DNA from: an uncultured bacterium
Lineage (GTDB): Bacteria; Actinomycetota; Coriobacteriia; Coriobacteriales; Coriobacteriaceae
Direction: 5' to 3'
DNA: 37,179 nucleotides
Assembly: GCA_905215275.1 (NCBI GenBank)
Contig: CAJMPE010000001.1
Location: 1-37,179, forward strand
The translations under genes and the position numbers were made by a program. Below, one piece after another: positions 27,880 to 37,173 of this stretch. The notes under the pieces were generated by a model. It was not told the origin of the DNA. It did not search any database and saw only the letters and a list, made by a program, of their open reading frames with translations. Each line of letters opens with the position of its first letter. The first letter of the stretch is position 1.

Positions 27880-27914
27880 AAAGCGCGGAGCCGCTCGATG
27901 CGACTCCGCGCTTT
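27880..27914 (-). terminator. Intrinsic terminator of the NCS2 permease gene
   Basis: aaagcgcggag/ctccgcgcttt stem with ttttctttt on the minus strand. Confidence 0.75.
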
Positions 27915-27940
27915 GGTGTTCTGCTTTGGCAGCATTGCCG

Positions 27941-29251
27941 CTACGCTACAAAGAAGTAGACGAGGAAGGCAAGGGCTGCGATCCACATGAGCGGCTTGAT
28001 CTTGGAGGCCTCGCCCTTAAAGAGTGCGACGATCACGTAGGCGATAAAGCCCAGACCAATGCCGGCAGAGATGGAGTAGGTGAAGGGCACGCCGGCGATA
28101 ATCATGAACGCCGGGAAACCCTGCGACACGTCGGACCAGTCGATCTCGGAGGCCTCGCTCATCATGAGGTAGCCGACGTAGACCAGGGCACCGCAGGTGG
28201 CGGCGCTGGAAACGATGGTGACGATGGGGGAGAAGAACGCGGCGAGAATGAACAGCACGCCGGTGGTGACGGAGGTGAGGCCCGTGCGGCCACCGTCGGC
28301 AGCGCCAGAGGTGGACTCGACGAAGGTGGTGATGGAGGAGACGCCCATGAAACCGCCCACAGCGGCGGCGGCGGAGTCGACGATCAGGATCTCCTTGATA
28401 TTCTCGACGTTGCCGTCGTCGGTGAGGAACTCGCCCTGCTTGGCCACGGCCATCGCGGTGCCCATGGTGTCGAAGAAGTCACTCATGAGCAGCGAGAACG
28501 AGATGACGAGGAGCGCGGGGTCGGTAAGGACCTTGACGATGGCGGGCACGCCGCCGGCGTCGGCGATGGGGCCACCGATGCTCGAGAAGTCGAGCGGGGC
28601 GATGATACCGGTCGGAGCATGGGTCACACCTAGGGGGATACCGGCGATGACGGCGACGACGATGCCGATGAGCAGCGAGCCGGGGACGTTGCGGCAGGCG
28701 AGGGCGACTGTCACCAGGATGGAGATAATGCCGACGATGAAGGTGGGGGAGGTGATGTCGCCCAGACCGACGAGTGTACCGGCGCCAGCGGTGATAATGC
28801 CGGCATCGCACAGGCCAATCATGGCGATGAACAGGCCCAGGCCCACCGAGATGGCGTGACGCAGGACAACCGGGATGGCATCCATGATGGCCTCGCGCAG
28901 GCCACAAAGCACGAGCAGCAAGATGACGACGCCCTCAAGGAAGATGACGCTCATGGCCACGTGCCAGTCACCGCCGCAGACGGTGGTGGTGATTCCAGCG
29001 ATCATCGCGTTGACGCCTAAGCCCGACGCGCAGGCGAGCGGGCGGTTGGCGAAGATGCCCATGCAGATGGTCATGATGCCGGCGCCCAGGCAGGTGGCGC
29101 AGGCGAGCGCTCCCGCATCGATGCCAGCGCCCGAGAGCACCGCGGGGTTGACGGCGATGATGTAGGCCATCGCCAGGAATGTTGTCAGTCCAGCGCGAAG
29201 TTCGGTCCCGATCGTGGACTTGCGCTCACTGACGTGAAATAGTTCGTCCAT
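27941..29251 (-). CDS. NCS2 family purine permease (AzgA/PbuG-like)
   Basis: ELRAGLTTFLAMAYII.VNP, DFFDTMGT, FVESTSG...GGRTGL, PFTYSI..G. Confidence 0.92.
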   Translation of the reverse strand: MDELFHVSERKSTIGTELRAGLTTFLAMAYIIAVNPAVLSGAGIDAGALACATCLGAGIMTICMGIFANRPLACASGLGVNAMIAGITTTVCGGDWHVAMSVIFLEGVVILLLVLCGLREAIMDAIPVVLRHAISVGLGLFIAMIGLCDAGIITAGAGTLVGLGDITSPTFIVGIISILVTVALACRNVPGSLLIGIVVAVIAGIPLGVTHAPTGIIAPLDFSSIGGPIADAGGVPAIVKVLTDPALLVISFSLLMSDFFDTMGTAMAVAKQGEFLTDDGNVENIKEILIVDSAAAAVGGFMGVSSITTFVESTSGAADGGRTGLTSVTTGVLFILAAFFSPIVTIVSSAATCGALVYVGYLMMSEASEIDWSDVSQGFPAFMIIAGVPFTYSISAGIGLGFIAYVIVALFKGEASKIKPLMWIAALAFLVYFFVA

Positions 29252-29444
29252 GCATACCCTTTCCTTGTTCGGCCCCGAGTTTAGGCCGATTGACACGAAC
29301 TCACCCACTATAGCCCCTTTACGACGCTGTTGTTCCTCGCATGTTGATGTTCGGCGCTTTGTAGCAGACGGACGGTATTTTTCGCATGAAAATGTGTGGG
29401 TACCGTATACTTAAGCGGTTACAACGAACTCTTTGGAGGAACGT

Positions 29445-29864
29445 ATGATTAAAGAGCTCTGCCGCGACGAGGCTATCCTGTCCCAGCGTTGCGAGGTTGC
29501 GACCGTCGAGGACGAGTCGGTTGCTCAGGACCTGATCGATACCATCAAGTCGCTCGACGATGCCGGCTGCCTTGCCGCTAACCAGATTGGCGTTACCAAG
29601 AAGGTTTGCGTCTACCTGGACGATGCCGGCGAGCCTCACGTACTCTACAACCCCCGTCTGGTGTTTGGCCTGGGCGCCAGCAAGATGGAGGAGAGCTGCC
29701 TGACGCACGAGGAGGTCACCAAGTCCACGCGCTACATCAAGTGCAAGGTTGCTTTTGACCAGATCGTCGACGGCAAGATGCGCGAGCGCAAGCAGGACTT
29801 CGTCGGCTTCGAGGCACAGATGATCCAGCATATGATCGACCACTGCCTCGGCAAGTTGGTCTAA
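29445..29864 (+). CDS. Peptide deformylase-like protein with degenerate active site
   Basis: GCLAANQIG, YNP, EESCLT, QHMIDH (canonical QHExDH); RBS ggagg. Confidence 0.8.
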   Translation: MIKELCRDEAILSQRCEVATVEDESVAQDLIDTIKSLDDAGCLAANQIGVTKKVCVYLDDAGEPHVLYNPRLVFGLGASKMEESCLTHEEVTKSTRYIKCKVAFDQIVDGKMRERKQDFVGFEAQMIQHMIDHCLGKLV

Positions 29865-29967
29865 GGGGATCAAAGCACCGCACCTTGCCGCTCAATCGTC
29901 GCTCGCATACCTTAAGTACGCTTCGCTCCTCTTTCGTGGCAATCTGCGGCACTTTGACCCCTTAGAC
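29859..29967. repeat. ~110-bp fold-back (MITE/REPIN-like) element
   Basis: gtctaaggggatcaaagcaccgca...tgcggcactttgaccccttagac with inner ttgccgc/gtggcaa and gcatac/gtacgc stems. Confidence 0.6.
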
Positions 29968-30108
29968 GACCTGCGGGGTTAACTTGGTTGAGTTTATCCT
30001 GCTTGAATAGCCCGGGCGTGACATTGTTGTCATGTCCGGGCTTTTGTGTTTAGCCCCTTTTTGTTTGGAGACAATAACCTTAGCAAGAACGTAAAGCTGG
30101 GAGGCGCC

Positions 30109-31074
30109 ATGTGTACGAGCATTCGATTTACCGATAATTCTGGCCACATGTATCTAGGCCGCAACCTCGACTGGAGCTTTGACTATGGCCAACAGGTTCG
30201 CGTGATGCCGCGCGGGTTTCACATTCCGTATTCGTTTATCGACGACGCGACAGCGGCGCACGCGGTGATCGGTATGTGCATCGATTACAAGAACTACCCT
30301 ATGTTCTTCGACTGCGGCAACGATGCGGGCCTTGCCGTGGCGGGTCTCAATTTCCCGGGTTATGCCGAGTATGCCGAGGGGCCGGTTGATGGAAAGACCA
30401 ATATCGCGGCCTATGAGTTTCCCCTGTGGGTGGCAGCGACGTTCTCGACGGTCGATGAGGTCGAGGCCGCGCTGCGCGACACGGTGATTGTTGCCAAATC
30501 TGCCGGAGAGGGGCTGGGCGTGTCGCTGCTCCATTGGATTATCGGCGACAGCCAGCGCAGTATCGTGGTCGAGATGATGGCTGACGGCCTGCATGTATAC
30601 GACGATCCGGTCGACACCCTTGCCAACCAGCCGACCTTCCCGTGGCACATGGAAAACCTCCGCACCTATATCACCGCCACAAGCGATTTTCCGCAGACGG
30701 CGACATGGCGTGGCGCCGAGCTCAAGCCCTATGGCGCGGGTGCCGGCACGCGCGGTATTCCGGGTGACTGCTATTCGCCGAGCCGTTTTGTAAAGGCGGC
30801 GTACCTCAATGCCAATTACCCGCAAAAGGAGAGCGAGACCGAAAACGTCGTCCGCATGTTCCGCTCGCTCGAGGGCGTGGTGATGATCGAGGGGGCGTCC
30901 AGGATGGGCGATGGCAAGTTCGAGAAGACTATCTACACCGGATGCTTTAGCGCGCGCACGGGCAATTATTACTACGCGATGTATGGGGATCCGTCGATTC
31001 GCTACGTGAGCCTGATGGATGCCGAGGGCGCGAGCCCCGATAGGCTCGTGGTTCCCGAGCCGCGTCGTTCGTAA
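30109..31074 (+). CDS. bsh: Choloylglycine hydrolase (bile salt hydrolase / penicillin V acylase family)
   Basis: N-terminal MCT nucleophile Cys, GRNLD, NDAGL..AGLNFP, LANQP, GIPGD..SPSRF; RBS ggagg. Confidence 0.85.
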   Translation: MCTSIRFTDNSGHMYLGRNLDWSFDYGQQVRVMPRGFHIPYSFIDDATAAHAVIGMCIDYKNYPMFFDCGNDAGLAVAGLNFPGYAEYAEGPVDGKTNIAAYEFPLWVAATFSTVDEVEAALRDTVIVAKSAGEGLGVSLLHWIIGDSQRSIVVEMMADGLHVYDDPVDTLANQPTFPWHMENLRTYITATSDFPQTATWRGAELKPYGAGAGTRGIPGDCYSPSRFVKAAYLNANYPQKESETENVVRMFRSLEGVVMIEGASRMGDGKFEKTIYTGCFSARTGNYYYAMYGDPSIRYVSLMDAEGASPDRLVVPEPRRS

Positions 31075-31095
31075 CTCGCCGGTCCGTTGCGACAT

Positions 31096-31133
31096 AAAAC
31101 GGCTCCGCACCTTTTATGAGATGCGGAGCCGTT
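31096..31133. terminator. Terminator between convergent bsh and kup
   Basis: aacggctccgca / tgcggagccgtt 12-bp stem. Confidence 0.7.
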
Positions 31134-31155
31134 GTCGTCAATGGCTGGTGGCGTG

Positions 31156-33401
31156 TTAGAAGTTGGCGTCGTTGAGCTGGGTGCTCTCGAGTCCGTCGAG
31201 TTGCTGTTGCTCGGGCGTATCGGCGACGCTCTCGAGCAGCTCGGTGGGATCGACGTTCATGCTCTTGCCGGCCTCGTTGCCGTTGACCAGGTCGTCCGAG
31301 AAGATGTCGACTTCCATTTCCTCGGCCTCTTCGATCTGAACCTCGAGCGGCACCTGGGTGCGCACGAGCTTAACGGCCGGGCGCATGCGGGCAAACAGCG
31401 GCACGTACTCGATGATGATGGCCGAGTTCTCGAGGCCATACCAACGTGCCGGGCTTCCGCAGGCGCGGCGGCGTACTTGATGGCCATGACGCGATGGTCG
31501 TTGCGGTTGATGTCCGTTTCGGGGGCAAGCATCTTGCGCAGCATGCAAAAACGGAAGTCGCCCACGTTGCCGCGTGTCTCGTAGATGGAGTAGGTGTGAT
31601 GCTGCGGCGGCAATTCACCCGATGCCATCAGGTCGCCAACGATCTGGCGCAGGTAGGCGTTGATGCGCTGATTGACCTTAAAGCCCAGGTCCAGGCGCAC
31701 GCGGAACAAAAAATCCGTGCCAAAGGTCTCGACGGAATACTCGTGCGTATAGGGCTCATCGGTAACGTGCACGTTGATGAACCAGTATGCCTTGGCGCGC
31801 TTGGGATGTTTGTCCAAGATGGAATAGAGCACGTCGCGGTCGAGCGTGAGCGGGTCGGGGCTGTTGGTGAGGAACACCAGGTTGTCGGCGAGCACGGGGT
31901 AGGTCTCGTCATTGCGCAGGCGGTTGAGCTGATCGATGTACTTGGAGACGGGCAGCAGGATCGTTTGCGTGCGCTCGATGGCGGTACCGCGACGCCACAC
32001 GTACATAAGGCCAAACAGCAGCGAGGCCAAGAAGATCATCACATAGCCGCCGTCAAAGAACATAGTGAGGCACGAGGCAAAGAAGCAGAGCTCGATGGCG
32101 CCAAAAAGCAGGGCGAAGACGCAGGCGCCCAGTCTGTGCTTGAGAATGCCGGCGATATAGCTCGTCAAAAGCGTCGTGGTCATAAGCATGGTCACGGTAA
32201 TGGCGAGGCCATAGGCGCTCTCCATGCGCTCGGAGTTCTGGAACAGCAGCACGATGAAGATGCAGCCGACCCACATGATGTTGTTGACGAGTGGAATATA
32301 AAGCTGGCCCTTGGTGTCGCTGGGGTAGTGGATGCGCAGGTGCGGCATAAGGTTGAGGCGCGTTGCTTCCGAAACCAACGAGAACGAGCCGGTAATGAGC
32401 GCCTGCGAGGCGATGATGGCCGCCACGGCCGAAAGCACGATGGCAAAGGGGCGCAGGGGCTCGGGAAGCATCATATAGAACGGGTTGACGATATCCATCG
32501 CGAGCATCTGGGGATTGGAATTGTTGGCGAGCAGCCAAGCGCCTTGACCCAGATAGTTGAGGATAAGGGCCGCCTTAACAAATGGCCAGGATGCATAGAT
32601 GTTTGCCTTGCCCACATGACCCATATCCGAGTAGAGGGCCTCGGCGCCGGTCGTCGACAGAAAGACGAAGCCGAGCACCATAATGCCCGAGTGGTTGATG
32701 GGCGAGAACAGGAACATGATGCCGCGGATGGGGTTGAGCGCGCGCAGGATGGACAGGTTGCCGAGCATGTTGAACAGGCCGGCGCCTGCCAGGAACAGGA
32801 ACCACAACGTCATGAGCGGGCCGAACAGCTTGCCGATCGACGAGGTGCCGGCGCGCTGCATGGCAAACAGGCCGCAGATAATGATGATGGTAATAATGAT
32901 GACGTTGGTTTGCCCGTCACCCAATAGCGCGTGGCCCCACTCGATGGTGCGCAGACCCTCGATGGCCGTGGTAACCGTGACAGCGGGGGTGAGGATGCCG
33001 TCGGCGAGCAGCGCCGCGCCGCCAATCATGGCGGGGAGAATCAGCCACGGCGCCACCTTACGCACAAGACTGAACAGGGCGAAGATGCCGCCTTCGTTAT
33101 GGTTGTCGGCCTTCATGGCGATTACAACGTACTTGACCGTGGTCACGAGTGTCATGGTCCAGATGACGAGCGAGAGCGCGCCCAGGATCATGTCCTCGCT
33201 GACGGTACCGATGCCGCCGTTGTTGGCGACGATTGATTTCATGGTATACATGGGGCTCGTGCCGATGTCGCCGTATACGACGCCGAGCGTTACGAGTAGC
33301 ATGCCAGCAGAGAGGGGAATGGCTCCATGTCCGCCTTGACTACGCTGGTCTTGGAGGCTTGCCTCCAGCTTGTTGTGTGCCACGTGGACTCCCTTGGACA
33401 T
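31156..33401 (-). pseudogene. kup: KUP/HAK/KT potassium transporter with a frameshift near the 3' end (~31471)
   Basis: GVVYGDIGTSPMY, GEGG-like NEGGIFAL, DGILTPA, TGAEALYSDMGH, SQALITGSF; the conserved GSPARWYGLE...EYVP tail lies in a different frame ending at 31156; alternative start GTG 33383. Confidence 0.8.
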
Positions 33402-33482
33402 CTGGCCTCTGCCACGAGCAGCAGACCTTTATGCCATCTTTATACATATAAGAGCAGTTTGGCACATCGGGGTGTTTTAGAC

Positions 33483-33506
33483 AATAATCCCCATCTGGGG
33501 ATTATT
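33483..33506. promoter_or_regulatory. Perfect palindrome between the EamA gene end and the kup promoter
   Basis: aataatcccca tc tggggattatt. Confidence 0.4.
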
Positions 33507-33540
33507 CATGTACGCAGGTAGTATTTCAGAGCAGGGGCTA

Positions 33541-34452
33541 TTAAGCACGTGCTGTCTGGGCGATGCCAGCCTTGGTGTTTGCGCGTTTGCCGGCGAGTTC
33601 GCAAAAAATCGCGCCGCCGATGATAAACGCGGCGCCCATCAGGCGGACCGGTGTTATGGTTTCGCCCAAAAGGACGGCCGAGAACACGACGGCCGAAAGC
33701 GGCTCAAGGTAGCCGACGACGGCGACGGTCTGCACGGGCAGTTTGGCGACGGCGCTAAAGTAGAGCAGGCAACCGAGTCCGGTGTTGACAATGCCGAGCA
33801 TGGCAACGGCGCGCCAATCGATGCCAGCGGCAATGCTGGGGGAGAGGAACGAGGGAGCGCCCTGCGTGATGAGCGTGAGGACCAGCGCGGTCACAAAGGC
33901 GGCGCTCGCCTGGAGCGTGGAGTTCTCGAGGCCTTCGATGTGTGGCGCACCCTTGCTGGCGATGACCATCAGCGCATAGCAAAATGCCGAGGCGATACCG
34001 CAGACGATACCCGCAATGGGCATATTGCCGCCGAGGCCTTGTGCTGCAACGAGAAAAGCACCGCAGGCGACGGCGATAAACCCGGCGATTTTGCCGCCGG
34101 TCAGTTTTTCGCCAAAGATGAGTGGGGAGAGCGCCATGACAATGATGGGGCCGCAGTAGTACAGCAGCGAGGATACGCCGACGCCGATCGTCTGGTAGGC
34201 GCGGAACAGAAAAATCCAGCTGGCGCCCAGCGCGGCTCCCGAGAGGAGGAGGGCTGCGGCTTCGCGGGGGCGAGATGGCGCCTGCAACTTATGGCTTTGG
34301 GTGATGGCGAGGATGGTGACAAGCGAGAGCGCGCCCAAAAACGTGCGTAGTAGCACGATATCGGAGCTCGGCAGCGCGATGGCGGCGGCGATGATGCCGT
34401 TGGAGCCAAACAATAGCAATGCTGCTAAGTACGTAAACAGTCCGTTGTCTAT
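33541..34452 (-). CDS. EamA/DMT family transporter (apparent ATA in place of ATG start)
   Basis: Multiple TM segments, two EamA halves (LLYYCGP..V...SP..FGEK; GYLEPLSA....LLGE); frame open upstream of TTG 34419 to ATA 34452. Confidence 0.8.
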   Translation of the reverse strand: MDNGLFTYLAALLLFGSNGIIAAAIALPSSDIVLLRTFLGALSLVTILAITQSHKLQAPSRPREAAALLLSGAALGASWIFLFRAYQTIGVGVSSLLYYCGPIIVMALSPLIFGEKLTGGKIAGFIAVACGAFLVAAQGLGGNMPIAGIVCGIASAFCYALMVIASKGAPHIEGLENSTLQASAAFVTALVLTLITQGAPSFLSPSIAAGIDWRAVAMLGIVNTGLGCLLYFSAVAKLPVQTVAVVGYLEPLSAVVFSAVLLGETITPVRLMGAAFIIGGAIFCELAGKRANTKAGIAQTARA

Positions 34453-34519
34453 GCGCTTCCGTCCCCTCTATATTCGAGCATATTCACTATGGGTGAACTG
34501 GCAGTAGAAGAAAAGCGAA

Positions 34520-34553
34520 TATAATGCATGGTTAACATGACAAAAATTCATGT
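34520..34553. promoter_or_regulatory. -10 box and LysR T-N11-A operator in the divergent promoter
   Basis: TATAAT at 34520-34525; acatga-caaaaat-tcatgt palindrome at 34535-34553. Confidence 0.65.
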
Positions 34554-34570
34554 AAAGGTGGAGGCGTGTC

Positions 34571-35428
34571 GTGGAAACGAATATTCAAAAGATGCAGGTG
34601 CTGCTGGAGACGGTGCGCGCCGGAAGCTTTACGCGTGCTGCCGAGCGCCTGAGCTATTCGCAGTCGGGCGTGAGCCGTATGGTGGCCGATCTTGAGGCCG
34701 ATTGGGGCTTTAAGGTGCTCGACCGCAGTCGCGAGGGCGTAGTGCTTTCTGCCGACGGGCGGCAGGTCATGCCGGCTGTCGAGGCGCTCTGCGAGGAATT
34801 CACTCGCTTGCAGCGACGGGTGGATGAGATGCGCGGGCTCATGCGCGGCAAAATCTGCATCGGTACGTTTTCGAGCGTGGCGACCCACGTGCTGCCGCCG
34901 GTGATTGCGCGCTTTCGTGCCGATCATCCGGATGTCGATTATGAGTTGCTGATGGGTGATTACTCAGAGATTGAACAATGGGTGGCTGAGGGTCGTTGTG
35001 ACCTGGGCTTTATCCCGCGCGAGCCACGCGGCGCCGGCATGGCGTCGCGACCGTTGGTGCAAGACGAGCTGATGGCCGTGGTGCCAGCGGACTCCTCGCT
35101 TGCCACCGCGGAGGTCGTTTCCCTTGCCGATTTGGCCAACGAGCAGTTTATCCTGCTGGAACGCGGTAGCGACGACGAGATTACGCCGCTGTTTCGCCGC
35201 GCTGGCCTGGCGGTGCGCTCTAAGCTGTCGACCTGGGATGACTATGCGATTATGGCCATGGTCGAGGACGGCCTGGGCGTGAGTGTTCTTCCCGCGCTCA
35301 TCTTGCGCCGCTGTCAGTTCGATGTTGCCGTGCGCCCACTCGAGGGACATCCTCATCGGCAGATCAACGCCATATATCGAACGGCCGACGTTTCGCTTGC
35401 CGCTGCTCGATTCCTTGAATACCTCTAA
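34571..35428 (+). CDS. LysR family transcriptional regulator
   Basis: GSFTRAAERLSYSQSGVS HTH, IGTFSSV, DDYAI.AMV..GLGVS; GTG with ggagg RBS; divergent from the EamA gene. Confidence 0.92.
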   Translation: METNIQKMQVLLETVRAGSFTRAAERLSYSQSGVSRMVADLEADWGFKVLDRSREGVVLSADGRQVMPAVEALCEEFTRLQRRVDEMRGLMRGKICIGTFSSVATHVLPPVIARFRADHPDVDYELLMGDYSEIEQWVAEGRCDLGFIPREPRGAGMASRPLVQDELMAVVPADSSLATAEVVSLADLANEQFILLERGSDDEITPLFRRAGLAVRSKLSTWDDYAIMAMVEDGLGVSVLPALILRRCQFDVAVRPLEGHPHRQINAIYRTADVSLAAARFLEYL

Positions 35429-35487
35429 ACGCGTGCATGTCATTGTCCGCTTTGGGCAAATCTCGGAGTCCGGTACATTTTCTTATG

Positions 35488-35570
35488 AAATTGAACTATC
35501 GAATGAGGTGCCGCGTTATACTGCTTGCTAAATTGAACCATGGTTCAATTCGTGTTCTATAAATTGAACT
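35488..35570. promoter_or_regulatory. Putative operator array: perfect 20-bp palindrome plus two extra half-sites around a -10 box
   Basis: aattgaaccatggttcaatt at 35531-35550; aaattgaact at 35488 and 35561; TATACT at 35517-35522. Confidence 0.7.
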
Positions 35571-35590
35571 TTGCCAGCAAGGAGGTTCTA

Positions 35591-37111
35591 GTGGCCCAAG
35601 AGACGTTTAGCGATCGCCTGCGACAGGCTATGTCCGATCGCGACGTTCGCCAGTCGGACGTGATCCGCGCATCGGAGATGCTCGGCAAAAAACTCGGCAA
35701 GAGTCAGATGAGCCAATATGTGAGCGGCAAGACGATCCCGCGGCGCGATGTGGCCGAGCTGCTCGCCCGTATTTTGGAGGTCGATGTTACCTGGCTGCTT
35801 GCCGGCGACGCCGATCAAGGCGAGGCATCATCACCCCGCAACGATTCCAAGCCCGAACCCCATCCCTCAGCTCAAATTGCAAGGAGCACCACCATGCGTA
35901 CTTTTTCTAAATCCACCAAGCTCGATAACGTCCTGTATGACGTGCGCGGTCCCGTCGTCGACGAGGCCGCCCGTATGGAGGACGAGGGCGAGCGCATCCT
36001 CAAGCTCAATATCGGCAACCCGGCGCCCTTCGGTTTCCGCACGCCCGATGAGGTCATCAAGGACATGCGCCAGCAGTTGCCCGACTGCGAAGGCTATTCC
36101 AACTCGCGTGGCCTGTTCTCTGCGCGCAAGGCGATCATGCAGTATTCGCAGATCAAGGGCCTGCCCAACGTTCAGATGGAGCACATCTACACGGGCAACG
36201 GCGTGTCCGAGCTCATTCAGCTTTCGATGAACGCGCTGCTCGACAACGGCGACGAGATCCTGATCCCCAGCCCCGACTATCCGCTCTGGACGGCGTGCGC
36301 AACCCTTGCCGGCGGTCATCCTGTGCACTATCTGTGCGATGAGCAGGCCGATTGGTATCCAGACCTGGAGGATATGGAGTCCAAGATCACGAGCGCGACC
36401 AAGGCCCTCGTCATCATCAACCCCAACAACCCCACGGGCTCTGTCTATCCGCGCGAGGTGCTCGAGGGCATTGTCGAGATCGCGCGCAGGCACCAGCTCA
36501 TGATTTTTGCCGACGAGATCTACGACCGCCTGTGCATGGACGGCTACGAGCACGTCTCCATTGCCTCGCTCGCCCCCGACCTGCCTTGCATTACGTTTAG
36601 CGGCCTGTCCAAGTCGCATATGATCGCGGGCTATCGCATTGGCTGGATGGTGCTTTCGGGCAACCAGCGCTGCATGAGTGACTTCATCATGGGCGTCAAC
36701 ATGCTCTCTAACATGCGCCTGTGCTCCAACGTGCCGGCTCAGTCGATCGTTCAGACGGCACTCGGTGGCCATCAGTCCGTCAACGACTACATCCGTCCCG
36801 GCGGCCGTGTCTACGAGCAGCGCAACTTTGTGTATGAGGCGCTCAACAAGATTGACGGCATCTCGGTGGTTAAGCCGCGCGCGGCGTTCTACATCTTCCC
36901 CAAGATGGATGTTAAAAAGTTCAACATCACCGATGACGAGCAGTTTGCCCTCGACCTGCTGCACGAGAAGAAGATCCTCATCACGCGCGGCGGCGGCTTT
37001 AACTGGGCCGAGCCCGACCACTTCCGCATCGTGTACCTGCCGCGCATGGAAGTGCTCAAAGAGTCCCTCGAAGACCTCGCCGACTTCTTTGATCATTACC
37101 GCCAGTCGTAG
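35591..37111 (+). CDS. XRE-type HTH fused to an AlaA/AlaT-like class I PLP aminotransferase
   Basis: TFSDRLRQAM...RQSDV...SQMSQYVSGKTIP HTH; YDVRGP, LNIGNP, GNGVSE, INPNNPTG, DEIYD, GLSKSH (PLP Lys), GYRIGW; GTG with aaggagg RBS. Confidence 0.9.
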   Translation: MAQETFSDRLRQAMSDRDVRQSDVIRASEMLGKKLGKSQMSQYVSGKTIPRRDVAELLARILEVDVTWLLAGDADQGEASSPRNDSKPEPHPSAQIARSTTMRTFSKSTKLDNVLYDVRGPVVDEAARMEDEGERILKLNIGNPAPFGFRTPDEVIKDMRQQLPDCEGYSNSRGLFSARKAIMQYSQIKGLPNVQMEHIYTGNGVSELIQLSMNALLDNGDEILIPSPDYPLWTACATLAGGHPVHYLCDEQADWYPDLEDMESKITSATKALVIINPNNPTGSVYPREVLEGIVEIARRHQLMIFADEIYDRLCMDGYEHVSIASLAPDLPCITFSGLSKSHMIAGYRIGWMVLSGNQRCMSDFIMGVNMLSNMRLCSNVPAQSIVQTALGGHQSVNDYIRPGGRVYEQRNFVYEALNKIDGISVVKPRAAFYIFPKMDVKKFNITDDEQFALDLLHEKKILITRGGGFNWAEPDHFRIVYLPRMEVLKESLEDLADFFDHYRQS

Positions 37112-37134
37112 GGGATAGAAACTCCGCACTATGA

Positions 37135-37173
37135 AAAGCTCCCTGCAGTTGTTTTGCTGCAGGGAGCTTTCTT
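37135..37173 (+). terminator. Intrinsic terminator
   Basis: aaagctccctgcag / ctgcagggagcttt perfect stem then ctt. Confidence 0.8.

Noticed and set aside
29252..29430. Purine riboswitch upstream of the NCS2 permease
   Set aside because: No tatgg...gtttctacc core found; only a short tcggcc/ggccga hairpin.
33402..33540. c-di-AMP (ydaO) riboswitch upstream of kup
   Set aside because: Region is short and lacks the conserved ydaO motifs.
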